Positions 1 to 11,890 of a stretch of 64,000 nt of DNA are shown one piece after another. Made by a program: the position numbers and the translations under genes. Origin of the DNA: Octopus sinensis (taxonomy: Eukaryota); the NCBI RefSeq assembly GCF_006345805.1, contig NC_043006.1, positions 93,248,001-93,312,000 of the forward strand, given 5' to 3'. Numbering within the stretch: position 1 is the stretch's first letter; every line of letters starts with the position of its first letter. Below the pieces are notes generated by a model. That model ran no database searches, had not been told where the DNA came from, and was given only the letters and a program-made list of their open reading frames with translations.

Positions 1-423
1 TGCTTAATGAAAAAATATTTAAGAATAAAATATAGAATGGGAGCTAAGTTGATGAGTATTCCTTTTTGTTTTCAAGATTAATTGCCAATAGAGAACGAGC
101 CGGTTTCTAACCTACATCCAAGTCTCTTTCATTGGAATTTCAACAGCCGAAACGCGGAGTAGGTGAAACAGAGGCGGCTGAAGAAGGGGAATGTTCATTG
201 TGTTGTATGTCTTGTACTCTATTTTTGCGTTGTTTAAGAAAAATGTCCATTTCCTTGGTTTTGGTTTTATGTTTTCGTTTCTCATTGTGTTCGACGTGTT
301 TTTGGTGTCCTGTATCCATATATGCATGTATATATACATATAGATGTAGGTACGCACATATATGTATATATATATGCATATGTTTTATTTATTATTTTGT
401 TATATATATATATATATATATAG

Positions 424-614
424 TTAATCCAGACATAAAAACACAAAAACGCGAGGATGTGGAACAAGTATAGTGTTATCGGACGCTCAGGAAGGGAAAG
501 AAAGGAGGATTTAACGTTTTGAGCGGAGCTCTTCGTCAGAAACATAGGAAAAGGAAAGATCCAAGGAAGGGAAGATGAAGGAAAAAAATCGCCAACGGTA
601 CACACGCGGTCACA

Positions 615-618
<4 letters not shown>
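424..618 (-). mobile_element. Penelope pLTR-like short repeat carrying a degenerate hammerhead
   Basis: Contains the HHR-like motif at 509-543 on the minus strand. Its 3' end abuts a (TA)n run. A related diverged copy lies at about 47460-47680 (+). Confidence 0.55.
509..543 (-). ncRNA. minimal type I hammerhead motif, probably inactive (G12A)
   Basis: Minus strand reads gttt CTGACGA A GAGC tcc GCTC AAAA C GTT aaat. Stem II GAGC/GCTC, palindromic AACGTT at stem III, and GAAA mutated to AAAA. Confidence 0.55.
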
Positions 619-690
<72 letters not shown>

Positions 691-705
691 TAGATATATA
701 TATAT

Positions 706-803
<98 letters not shown>
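619..803. repeat. compound (TA)n/(GATA)n microsatellite
   Basis: Direct reading; explains the IYIY/YLSI pseudo-ORFs. Confidence 0.95.
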
Positions 804-804
<1 letters not shown>

Positions 805-1141
805 AAAATCTCTGAGCAATGCATAGACAGTAGCTGCACGATATCGTGAAGTATATTTGCCACTTAAACTTCTTGGAGATTTTAGGTATTATTATACGTA
901 TGTGTCCATCTGTTCTACTTAAATTAAATTGTGTCTTTGTGCAGCTGAGTATGGCTCTGCATTTTAAACTGATGTAATGATTGCATTGTTCAATTAAATG
1001 GAGTTGCATGAAACGATCGTACTGCATTACCTCTGTATATGTTTGTTGCTTATTTTGCTTTTAATCATTTTTACTTTGAAATTGTATGGATAATACCGTA
1101 CTAAATTCTGGTGCCTAAACTTATATACCATATTCATCTAA

Positions 1142-1270
<129 letters not shown>

Positions 1271-2552
1271 CGAGGGACGTTCAATAAGTAATGCCTCTGA
1301 CCCACTTGCACTTGTTTGATCTAGCTGAAATTTACATGTGCAATTATTTATATCTCTATAGACTAAGTGGCAAATTACAGCTCTGACTAATTGTGGTTTC
1401 TGATTTACAGGTGTTTGAACCAAGTCAAGTGTGAAATGGAGCTGTTGAGTGTCGAGTGATCCGGTTTTTGTATTTGAAAGGACGCACACCACGGGAGACT
1501 TTTGATGAAATGAAAGTAACTTATGGTGATGATGCCCCATCATATGACCTTGTAAAACGCTGGCATCGTAAATTCAAACATGGTTGGAACTCTGTGGAAA
1601 CAGCTCCCAGATCTGGTCGCCCGTTCTGCCATTGATGAGGCATCTGTCCGTCAAGTTGAGGCTGCCATTTTGGAAAATCGACGCATAATTATTCGCCAAA
1701 TAGCCCATGAGGTCAAGATTAGTACCGGGTCTGTGGAAACTATCATTCATGACCATTTGCATATGCAAAAGGTGTCTGCCAGATGGATTCCCAGGTTGCT
1801 CACGCCTTTCCAGAAGGAAGAACGCGTCGAGTGCTCGAGGGTGAATTTGGAGATGTGCCAAGAAGATGAGTCAAAATTTTTCAAAAGACTGATTACACAG
1901 GATGAAACCTGGGTCCATCACGATGATCCAGAGACCAAAGCCCAGTCAATGCAGTGGAAGCACCGTGTCTCACCCCCTCCAAAGAAGGCAAGGGTGCAGC
2001 CCTCCGCTGGCAAGATCATGCTCACAGTCTTCTGGGACCAGGACGGAGTAGTGATGACAGATTTCCTGGCAAAGGGTACCACAATTGCAGGAGCTTATTA
2101 TGCTTCACTTTTGAGGAAATTAAGAGAAGTTATCAAAATCAAGAGGCGGGGCAAGATCAGCAAAGGCATCCTCCTCCTGCAGGACAACGCTCCGGTCCAC
2201 AACTCGCTTGTCGCCAGATCAGAAGCACAAGCGTGCGGCTATGAACTCCTCCCCATCCCCCTACTTTCCCGACCTTGCACCCTCTGATTTTCACCTCTTC
2301 CCAGTCGTGAATTTGTTTTTGAAAGGAAAGCGTTTCCCAGACGATGCAGCCTTGATTTCTGAAGTCACGTTCAGGTTGGAGGACCAAGCTGGGGTCTTCT
2401 ACAAAACGGTCTCCAGAGCTGCATCAAACAATGGGAGAAATGCATAACTCTGGGTGGTTCCTATGTAGAAAAAGACTAATAATTGTGCCAAGTTTCGTTG
2501 CTCTACTGCTATGGGAAGTGGGTCAGGGGCATTACTTATTGAACGCCCCTCG
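1271..2552 (+). mobile_element. full-length mariner (Tc1/mariner, DD34D) DNA transposon
   Basis: 37-bp TIRs (1271-1307 CGAGGGACGTTCAATAAGTAATGCCTCTGACCCACTT and 2516-2552, 2 mismatches), TA on both sides, 1282 bp long, internal transposase. Confidence 0.95.
1436..2479 (+). pseudogene. mariner transposase, four frameshifts
   Basis: The reconstructed protein has KVSARWIPRLL, QDETW, QDNAPVH and PYFPDLAPSDFHLF, with 34 residues between the second and third catalytic Asp. It ends KCITLGGSYVEKD*. Frameshifts near 1443, 1624, 2255 and 2408. Confidence 0.92.
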
Positions 2553-2563
2553 TATATATATAT

Positions 2564-2610
<47 letters not shown>

Positions 2611-3712
2611 ATACATATATATATATATGACCGTGTGTATGCGTATGCACATATGTATGTATTTTAGTCTATTGCACGCATTTCTTCCAATATATATTTT
2701 GTGGTAGTACATCGCAAATTTATATTTTCATCAGTCAATTTTCATCAAAATTCATGATGGTCTAATTAATGACATCTGATTGGCAATCAGTTCTGCATCA
2801 AATCACAACCTACCATTTACACAGTAATCGAAGATCATTATGGATGGTACAGTCCTACCAGTTTTTATCTTTTATATATTGGTCCAGGCTGGAATAAGAA
2901 TAGTTTCAATCATGAATCAGCTCATTTAAAGCTGACCCTAGACTAAATGTTAACATCTATTATAAGAACAGAAACGTATATTCGACATACGATTTGAATT
3001 TGTTAAACGGTGGCCTTCGATCGTTTATATAAACAATATCGTAGAACTTCAAAATGATGCTTCATTGCTCATATTTTACGTCTTATGCTTCCATACCTTG
3101 CGACCCTAATTTTCGTTGGGGAAGTGTACCTGGGCCATAGAAGATTGGAATGGTATAGATAATACGCTTGGAATGCAACCGCTACATCACAAATAAATCA
3201 GAATATATGCAGCTGGGAAAAGGAATTAGCAAGAAACCTGAAATCAAAAAGTGTTGAATATTATATCTCAAGAATAGCAGATTATTATTTTTTCTTTCCT
3301 AAACTAACGGTCCATTAATTCTATATGATATGTATTTCAATGATAGAAAACACGCTTCGCTGAACTAATTACTTTTCTGATGTTGTTTTCTTTTTCTATA
3401 GCAAATATAAATATTCTTGCTGTACACTATGTTCTGCGAGCTTATGGACGTCGACAACGAAACACACTAAAAGCAAATGAGCGTTGAAACAAAGGCAATA
3501 AAAGTCATTTTGATATTTGCTTCTTTTTATATATCTTAACTTTATACTTTATAACTATCGAATATTTATTTTGTCTAACGATATTTTTTTTTATTTTGAA
3601 GATTTTATTAATTTACAAATATACATACATATTTGTGTTAGCGTATGCCTGTGTGATGTGAGTCTATATGTACATGCCTCTGTGTGTGTATGTCTGTGTT
3701 TACGTGTGAAAA

Positions 3713-3766
<54 letters not shown>

Positions 3767-4244
3767 CATATGTGTGATAGATGCGTGTTAATATGTGTGC
3801 GTGCGTGAATGAATATATGTATAATGAAAGACGGCGAAGTATTTGAAAATGTTAAAAAATGTATAAATCTTATTGAAAATATATTTGAATATATCATAAA
3901 AGAAATATCAAGACTAGTGGTTAATGTCAAAAGTGGCTGCTAAGGAAACCCAGCTATTGAGACTGTGCTTATATTCAAAGATTTTCACGATTGTATCACC
4001 ACGGTGAATCACTTGTTTCATTTTCAACTCTCTTGTTTTAAGCTGACAATTACCACATCAGAATGATTTCGTATTAATATAAAAGAACAGCTTTTCTTCT
4101 CATAACCTAAGTGTGTACTTTGTAAGTATACGCGTGTGATTGATGTAGTTTTCAAATATTTATATTATAAACTTTTAAACGTATCAAAAGTATATCAAAT
4201 TTACTTTATAATGTGGTGTTCAGAATATCCAACAATGGGTGACA

Positions 4245-4440
4245 GAATATGTCTTTTCTTGTTTCATTCTTTGGACTGTGGCCGTGCTGAGACGCTGCCT
4301 TAAAACGGTGGTTCCCCAGACTAGCGCTTATTCTATCGATCGTTTTCGTGAAACTCTACGTTACATGGACTTCAAAAAACCAACACTTGTTGTCAAGTGG
4401 TATGGGCAGAATGCACTAACACAAAAACACATACTAACAT
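4245..4440 (-). mobile_element. SINE family A, degenerate 3' part
   Basis: Similar to 21232-21622 (…gccgtgctgagac…cttattctatcg…caacacttgttgtcaag). Confidence 0.6.
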
Positions 4441-4449
4441 ATGTATATA

Positions 4450-5534
4450 TGTTGTCTGGTCAATAAGCATTCGGACTGTTGCCTTAGTAACAAAGCTAAA
4501 GCACGCAGAGTGAAGCCGCTTGGCAATGATTGACCTTAAACTCTGCTGTGCATGCACACTAAGATTTAACATTCTAACTCACTTCCGCTGTTTACAGCAG
4601 TGCTTGGAAGGAACGTGTGTAGCGCGTGATTGTCGCATTGAATATGAATCTGCATCAGATTTTGCCAAAAGGTTGGCAATCCCTGCTCAGAGGCCGGCGC
4701 AATGTTGCAGAAAGTTGTATGGGGAGGAGTGTATGAGACGAGAACATGTCGATAGTGATGAACGTTCTGAGAGACCCGCAACCAATAGAACTGTGAAAAA
4801 CATCGAAGATGTGTGTGCAGCTGTGAGGGGAAATCGTCTAATCACCATTTGTGAGTTATCAGAGGATATGCAGATTAGTTACGGTTCAGTTTACTTCATT
4901 ATCACTGAAGATTTGGGTATGAGATGCGTGTCTGCCAAGTTTCTGCACAAACTGTTTTCAGCTGACAACGCACAACGCTCCTGCCCATTTAGCTCAGCTT
5001 GTGCAGCAGTTTCTGGTTAGCTATAGCATTCCCGAGGGCGGCGAGCTGGCAGAACCGTTAGCACGCCGGGCGAAATACGTAGCCGTATTTCGTCTGCCGT
5101 TTCGTTCTGAGTTCAAATTCCGCCGAGGTTGACTTTGCCTTTCATCCTTTCGGGGTCGGTGAATTAAGTACCAGTTACGCACTGGGGTCGATGTAATCGA
5201 CTTAATCCGTTAGTCTGTCCTTGTTTGTCCCCTCTATGTTTAGCCCCTTGAGGGTAATAAAGAAACATATAGCATTCCCGAGGTCCGAGAGCCACCGTAT
5301 TCCCCAGATCTCTTCCCTTGCGACTTTTCCTTGTTCCAAAAATCAAAGCCCGCTTGAAATGCAATGAGGCAGCTGCTGATTATCCCAGAAAACGAATTCC
5401 AAGAATGCTTCCATCAATAAAAACAGCGCTGGATTAAATGTGTGGCTACTTTCAAGGAGATTAACTGCCAAATTGATACGTGTTGTAGTTTTGATTTTCT
5501 AACACCAGTCTGGATACTTATTGATCAGACCTCG
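4450..5534 (+). mobile_element. internally deleted mariner with nested SINE
   Basis: Imperfect TIRs (gtctggtcaataagcattcggactg / cagtctggatacttattgatcagac). Remnants ISYGSVYFIITEDLGMRCVSAKF, HNAPAH and PPYSPDL; the central catalytic region is missing. Confidence 0.85.
5037..5267 (+). mobile_element. tRNA-derived SINE family B, full length, with TSD
   Basis: A-box-like tggcagaaccgtt and B-box-like gagttcaaattc. Flanked by a 16-bp direct repeat TATAGCATTCCCGAGG (5022-5037, 5268-5283). Closely similar copies at 26570 and 63034. Confidence 0.9.
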
Positions 5535-5542
5535 TGTACATT

Positions 5543-6410
5543 CGAGGAGGTACCCAAAGTAACCGGAAATCTTCTACCGCGAGAAGCCACTTAATACGAT
5601 CCTCAGGCATTTGTCTGCCAACCAGCGTTTTCGTTTGGGGTCGTACTGCCACATGGTGTCTCTTTGTTTTACAGTGCTCCTTCCTTCTTCGTCGATTTTT
5701 GCAATCGCTGAAACGAGGGAACCGTGTCCCTCCGTGAAATTCTGCTTTCTATTTGGGGAAAACGATGGCTGAAAGAGTTGTCAATCTTCAAAAAGGTTAC
5801 AAGAACGCTCTCATGAGCAAAATACCAGTTTACAACGGGTTTTAACACTTTAGAAAGGGTTACTTTTTCGCTTGAATACCAACCTCGTTCAGGGTTATCG
5901 ATGACCTCCTAAACGAATGAAAACATCACGAAAATTCACGAACTAATTTTGGAGGACCGTCACCGAATATTTGACGAACTTGCTTATGTGACTGGGGTGT
6001 CCTAGAGCTTTGGTCAATAAATTTTCAGCGAAGAATTGCGAATAAAAAGATTTGCAGCTAAACTTGCGCCTCGCCTGCTCATGGAAGTGTAAAACAAGTT
6101 TTTGACCAAAAATGGCATGACCCCGCTTACCAACCCTCCCAATTCCCCCGAACTTGCTCCTTGCAACTATTTCTTTTTTTGTTCCCTTGAATGAAAAATG
6201 CCCTTAAAGGAAAACATTTTGCAGTTGTGGAAATGGTGAAGTTAAAACGACGGAGCCGTTAAAAGGCATCACTTCAGATGGGTCCCAGGACTGCTTTGAA
6301 CAGTGAAAAACTCGTCTGGACTGATGCTTTGCTTCAAATGGAGAATACTTTGAAGGTGAAAAAGTGTAAACATGTGGAACTAGGTGAATAAAATAATATC
6401 ACGAAATTCC
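5543..6410 (+). mobile_element. degenerate, internally deleted mariner
   Basis: Left TIR-like cgaggaggtacccaaagtaaccggaaat. Remnants QPRSG, ILEDRH, AAKLAPRLL, NGMTP..PPNSPELAPCNYF and SNGEYFEG. Right TIR truncated. Confidence 0.75.
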
Positions 6411-7119
6411 ACGAGCTTCTACAAAGTTTACGTCTACCAAATTCATTCGTAAAGCATTGGTCTCAATCCGGGGTTTTAGCAGAAAACATTTTCCCTAAGT
6501 GCCCCGCAACGTGGCTGTACCTGAATCAAAGCAGTTACCAAGCGATGGTCTTACCACACATCCATACCTTTCAACTTCCGTGGAGTATTAATGAAATTTA
6601 TTGGTTTTCGTTCATTTCCTGGAGACATTATCAAAATAATTCAAAACTGTTAACAGAATGTTATGCTGTGATATTGTTCAACAGCGAGTTATTAAATTAA
6701 ACTTTCTTCTCAAGGAAACAAAATAGGTCGAAACGGTACTGATGTTTAGAAAGGCCATTTTATATCTTATATTTGTTTTAAGTTCGGATATTTTAAAGTG
6801 TTATATAACTACTAATGAATGTTTATTACGCTTTGATATATATATATAAAGAAACGGAACAAATATCCTCTTGAGCTTTGACAAGATTATATAAATAAGA
6901 TACGACGAAACAACTGAAAACAATAATGTTTGGACTAGCAGGAAACGTAAATCTAATCTAAGGCACTATATTTCAAAAGCCAGAGGGATTTTCTCATCTG
7001 ATTATCTCACCAGTTTTGTTTCATAGAAATAAATCAATATTTCATCTTAATGAAAATAGGGGATGTACAGTTTTTCTACAACATAAAACTTTCAATAATC
7101 ACGACGCAAAAGTAATTAT

Positions 7120-7370
7120 ATATGTGTGTGTTTGTCTGTGTGTGTATTTTTGTTTCTATGTTTGTCCTCCATCAACGTTTGACAACCGGTGTTTGTGTGT
7201 TTACGTATCCGTAACTTAGCGGTTCGGCACAACAAACTGAAAGAGTGATTATAAGGCTTTAACATTTAATACTAGTGTTGATTCATTCTCGAAAATTTCT
7301 TCATGGCTTTGCTCCAGCATAGCCGCAGAGTAACAGCTGAAACAAATATAAGAATAAGAGGAACACATGT
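7120..7370 (+). mobile_element. SINE family A, 3' half
   Basis: ttgacaaccggtgtttgtgtgtttacgtatccgtaacttagcggttcggc…gctccagcatagccgcag matches the other copies. Confidence 0.7.
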
Positions 7371-10300
7371 TATATAACTGTATTTTATGTTTTAAAATCT
7401 TTGAATAAACTTTGAATAAAATAATAGAACCATGATAGAGAGACAGAAGAATTTATTTGTTAGTCTTTCATTCTGCTCGCCACAACTAAAGACAACATAA
7501 GACAACGCACACTGCTCACAGCTGATGTTATCAAAAATGTAAATAAACTAAATCTTTACCAATTTAACCAAGTCTTAGAACTCTTTCCAAAGAAAACTAA
7601 CTTGCATCCAACTACAAAATAAATGTCTATAGCAAATTTCTTTAGAATAATTTACAGTCACTTTTGACCGTACGCTATAAATTTTCATCGCTCTAAACCC
7701 GTCTCTCCTCGACCCCGTACAGCTAGTTGTTCGCCTTGTCTTTCTCTTCATTCCGTATCTATATATCTATTTTTCATCTGTCTTCTCCACTATCTCTGTG
7801 TTGCTATTTGTCTCACATGCTTTTCAGTATAACATTTAACAACAATTACCAATCTTCTGCTGAGAGAATTTCCGGCACATCAAAATGAACAATCTTCTAC
7901 ACAGCTATGGAGAGATTCTTCTAATGTCTCGCAAGAAACGAAATTCCTTAGGCTATCTCAAGCTACCGATTCAAGACAAGCTACGTTAAATACTGACATT
8001 ATTACGGCAACTATCAATTATTTATTGAAATAGGTATTTCTTTCATTTTAACACAACACAGAGAACACATCAAAACGTTCGCACATTTATATAAGAACCT
8101 AACAATTCACGAACAAAACTCAACTCTTTTTGAACAGCGGGTTTCTATGAACTACCAATTTATTTCTTTCAACTTCAAAACTAACCTAAAGTTGACTTGA
8201 CACATAATCAACAGACCGTAGGAAAAAACAATATTATTTTGTTTGTCTATCAATGTTATTATATTGTGTCATGTTATAATGTCATTTTGATGTTACTTAT
8301 GTATTATATATATTTAACAATTTCTTGTAGGACAAAGCAAAAAGTGATTTGTGTTTCGATTTCTAATTCATTTATTATGGAGACACTTTTACAAAGCAAC
8401 TGTTAGCCGAGAAACAACTAAGAAGACATCTGAAAAACGATTAGGAAAAAATGAAGATGAATAAATAAATAACGATATTCTAGTGGCTAACAAGAACGAA
8501 AGAGGACAATAATAACGCAATCAAGAATGAATGAGGCGTCAACGCCATAATTATAAATAAGCTAATTAAATGAGGGGGGAAACGGGGAGAATGGGAAACT
8601 AAGAGCTTACAAAATACTGTTGATAAGATACACTTAAGAATGGCAGACATGACATTAATCTCATGAAGAACTGAAGAAAAAATTAGAATATTTAATAAAA
8701 GCGCAATAATATGAAATTTGTTTTGAACCACATTACTGTGGATAAATGTATATTCCTCCTTATTCAACATGTCGTAATGTGGTCCTTAGAATTCTTATCA
8801 TCTAAGCATCATATAATCGATAATGTCATACAATTTGTCATTAACTTGTGTCTCAATTGGAGCCCTTATAAGTTGAATGAAAGGAATAATTTCTGTTTCA
8901 GAGTAGACTGTCAAACATTCCACAGGACATTGCACATGCATGGACTTTCGATATAAATACCTCGCTCAATTGCTGGTTGTTTGTTTCACTGAATCGAAGT
9001 GAAATTGCGACTAAAAACCTATTAATAAAAGGTGCATTCCTAGTATCATGGAAAATTTACACTCAGTTACTCAAGAGGACTTTTGAAACCTTTCAATGAA
9101 TAACTTTCTGTTACAACAGTGAATGTAACATTTAACAGAGACCTTAGACTTGGACAGAAGGCAATATAACTCGGCTGCAATGGTTACAATAAAGTATACT
9201 GAAAGTCTAAAGGAGATCCTCATTTTGATAAGAAATTCGACGTGTATCCCCAAATTCGCAAATAATAAGTGTAAATATTTTTGGGCTAAAATTGGATTCT
9301 GTGACACACGCAGCTTTATTTCCTCCTTTTTACGAATAAGTTTGACAATTACAAATACCTTCTGATAACGGAGCAAATATTTATTGTAAAACTATTTTGG
9401 TGTGACATAATGCCTCACGGATAGGGTTTTGTAGAGGGTCATCTATCCGAAATAAGCACGGTAAATAACTCTTCCATCAACGAGCAATTGAATCAAATTT
9501 GCAGCTGGAAAGTAACAACTAACAGCAGTCGATGAATGTAGAGCAATATCGTGAGTTGGTGCATCAGTTACATAATAGTGCAAGCATCAGTGCAAGGCAA
9601 AAGGGCGGAAAAATAATGTTACCATCGAACGGTATTGTTGCCATTATATTTCTCAGGCTCACCAAAGGGTTCATGACTTCAATGACAACTGGAATGAAAA
9701 TTTAGAAAACTTGTATTTTCTCGACAAACTGCTTCCAGGCGATTTAATTTCAATGTTGAAACTTGAATTCTTGAGAAATCATTTGTGAAACATTTGGTTT
9801 TATTTCATACAAAAGTTTTTTAAATGATTAGTTTCTCTTAGGTTTATGGTATCACAAAGCTGGGTTAACATATCTCAGTGAATCTTAAGAATTAATTTAA
9901 ATTGAGTCCCTGCAACGCCAGTAAGAATCTGAAAAGTTTGTATCAATCTAAACGAAAGATAACTTTATAAAAAGATTTCACATCAGGCAGTTGATGCTCT
10001 CGCAGTTTTAAAGACTCGTATTTAGTTGGTGGTATAATGCAAAATACCTATAAATACCTATAAATAATCAGAAAATCGAAGAAACCTACTGAGAAATGGT
10101 GATGAAACACAGGAGTATATGTCTGAGAACCAGCATCAGTTTGATTGCATTCAGAGGAAAGTTAATTGTGCATACTACCATTTGCATCTAAAAACCTCAT
10201 ACAACTTTATCGTATGTTTGCCGCTTATATGATGAAAGGAGATCTCTAAAACGATTCATGAGACGTAAGTATTCAATAAAATAATAGGTGATGTAGTATC

Positions 10301-10764
10301 ATTGTATTATTATAATGGATTCGTTGTGAACTTTGTTTGCTACCAAAGAACGTGCACTGCATAATGAAATTAATACAACGGATAAGGCCGGTAGACTTTA
10401 GAAATCTCCACAGGTGTTTCAAATGCAAAAACATTTCAACGTGTATTTTATATTATCGAAAACCCAGCAGCACAAGACACCTTCTTCCTCTCAGATAGCC
10501 TGGCTTGTTGTGAGAAAACACACACACAAATACACACCCCCTCTGTCTTGTCTGTTTCTCTCTTTCATTCTTTCTCTCACATGTATGTATATGCAGATTA
10601 TTATATAATAATATTTAAAATATATGAGACACTCATAAATTATTAGCTGATGTTAATGCACAGAAACAATTGTTGTGGTTCACATTAAAATCTGTTTATT
10701 CTATCTTGTTTTGCAAATATGCGTGTGTGTATGTGTATATGTATACACACACACACACACACAC

Positions 10765-10820
<56 letters not shown>

Positions 10821-10854
10821 TCAAATGAAATAAAAAACAGAACACACAGGATGT

Positions 10855-10948
10855 TGCGGTACATGTTTTTCAAGCTTTATAAAACAACCTATTCTTACAT
10901 CAATGTATAATCGACATAACAGATGGTTTAAAGCTCTCTTCAGCCGCA
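10855..10948 (-). ncRNA. type I hammerhead with long stem II (C15.2A)
   Basis: tgcgg CTGAAGA GAGCTTTA…TAAAGCTT GAAA aACATGTA ccgca: 5-bp stem I, 8-bp base of stem II, GUA triplet. Confidence 0.7.
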
Positions 10949-11150
10949 TGCAATTGCTGTACCAAAAACTTACATCACATTATGAAAAATCCGAAAATGT
11001 ACATTTGGTATTATCTATAATGGTGGGTATATTGAATTTCACCGAGAAAGTATGTTTGTAAATCTTCATAATCAAATAGGTGTGTAGGGTATTATAGGAC
11101 TTCGAAAATTCGTCCATACAGTATGGACGAATTTGGTATAGCAATTGTAT

Positions 11151-11242
11151 GCGGCTGAAGAGAGCTTTAAACCATTTGTTATGTCGATTATACATTGATG
11201 TAAGAATAGGTTGTTTTATATAGCTTGAAACACGTGTACTGC
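11151..11242 (+). ncRNA. type I hammerhead, canonical core, long stem II
   Basis: gcgg CTGAAGA GAGCT…AGCTT GAAA C ACGT GTA ctgc. Stem III is the palindrome ACACGTGT; predicted cleavage after GUA at 11238. Confidence 0.8.
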
Positions 11243-11847
11243 GACATCCTTTGTGTTCTGTTTTTTTATTTCATTTGATGCATATGCCCTCTCACCTCTG
11301 CTACTAGCTGGCATATACAGGTGCTTACACTTATCAAGTATTCACCCTTTATATATATATGAATTTATATATATATATATATATATCAGGCATTATAAAA
11401 CCGAGCATTTCACAAAAACTCACTAGAACCACCCAGCGAACTTCCACCATGGGTCATCACAATTGCTTAAGGTAAAAATGAATTCCTCGCTCTTTCGGAA
11501 ACATCAATCTTCTGTATTGACCGCTTTCCACCACTTTGATCTGTTTTTTGTATTGAATACGTATCGCCACCGTGGGCCACTGCATCGAACACGTTGAACA
11601 TATACTTCAAACTATATATCAACTATACATGAACTATATATCAACTATACATGAACTCTAAGATGTCTGACTCCGTTGTGTATTATAAATGAATTTCTTG
11701 TGTTTGACGGCATGAGCTGTCTTTTTTTATATATAACTTTTTTTGATAAAGTTCATTTCAGGAACTGAAACATGTTATAATGTATATATAAAAATTAAAA
11801 ATTGTATAATACAGCAGCATTTTCGAACTTCATTTTTTACAAATATA

Positions 11848-11890
<43 letters not shown>

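Larger units (their letters stand above)
10814..11285. mobile_element. inverted-repeat dual-hammerhead cassette 1
   Basis: Arms 10814-10966 and 11132-11285 are reverse complements with scattered mismatches, separated by a 165-nt spacer. Each arm contains an outward-pointing HHR. Confidence 0.85.

Noticed and set aside
140-200. CTGAAGA core and cagccg/cggctg hairpin
   Set aside because: No downstream GAAA or NUH arrangement, so not a hammerhead as it stands.
282-1027. Long ORFs rich in IYIY/YLSI (and similar HTHT, MYVC, ERER and poly-E ORFs throughout the window)
   Set aside because: Translations of microsatellites; not genes.
11385-11660. Possible transposase fragment and a 22-bp tandem duplication (11610-11653)
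   Set aside because: No convincing motif; the duplication is trivial.
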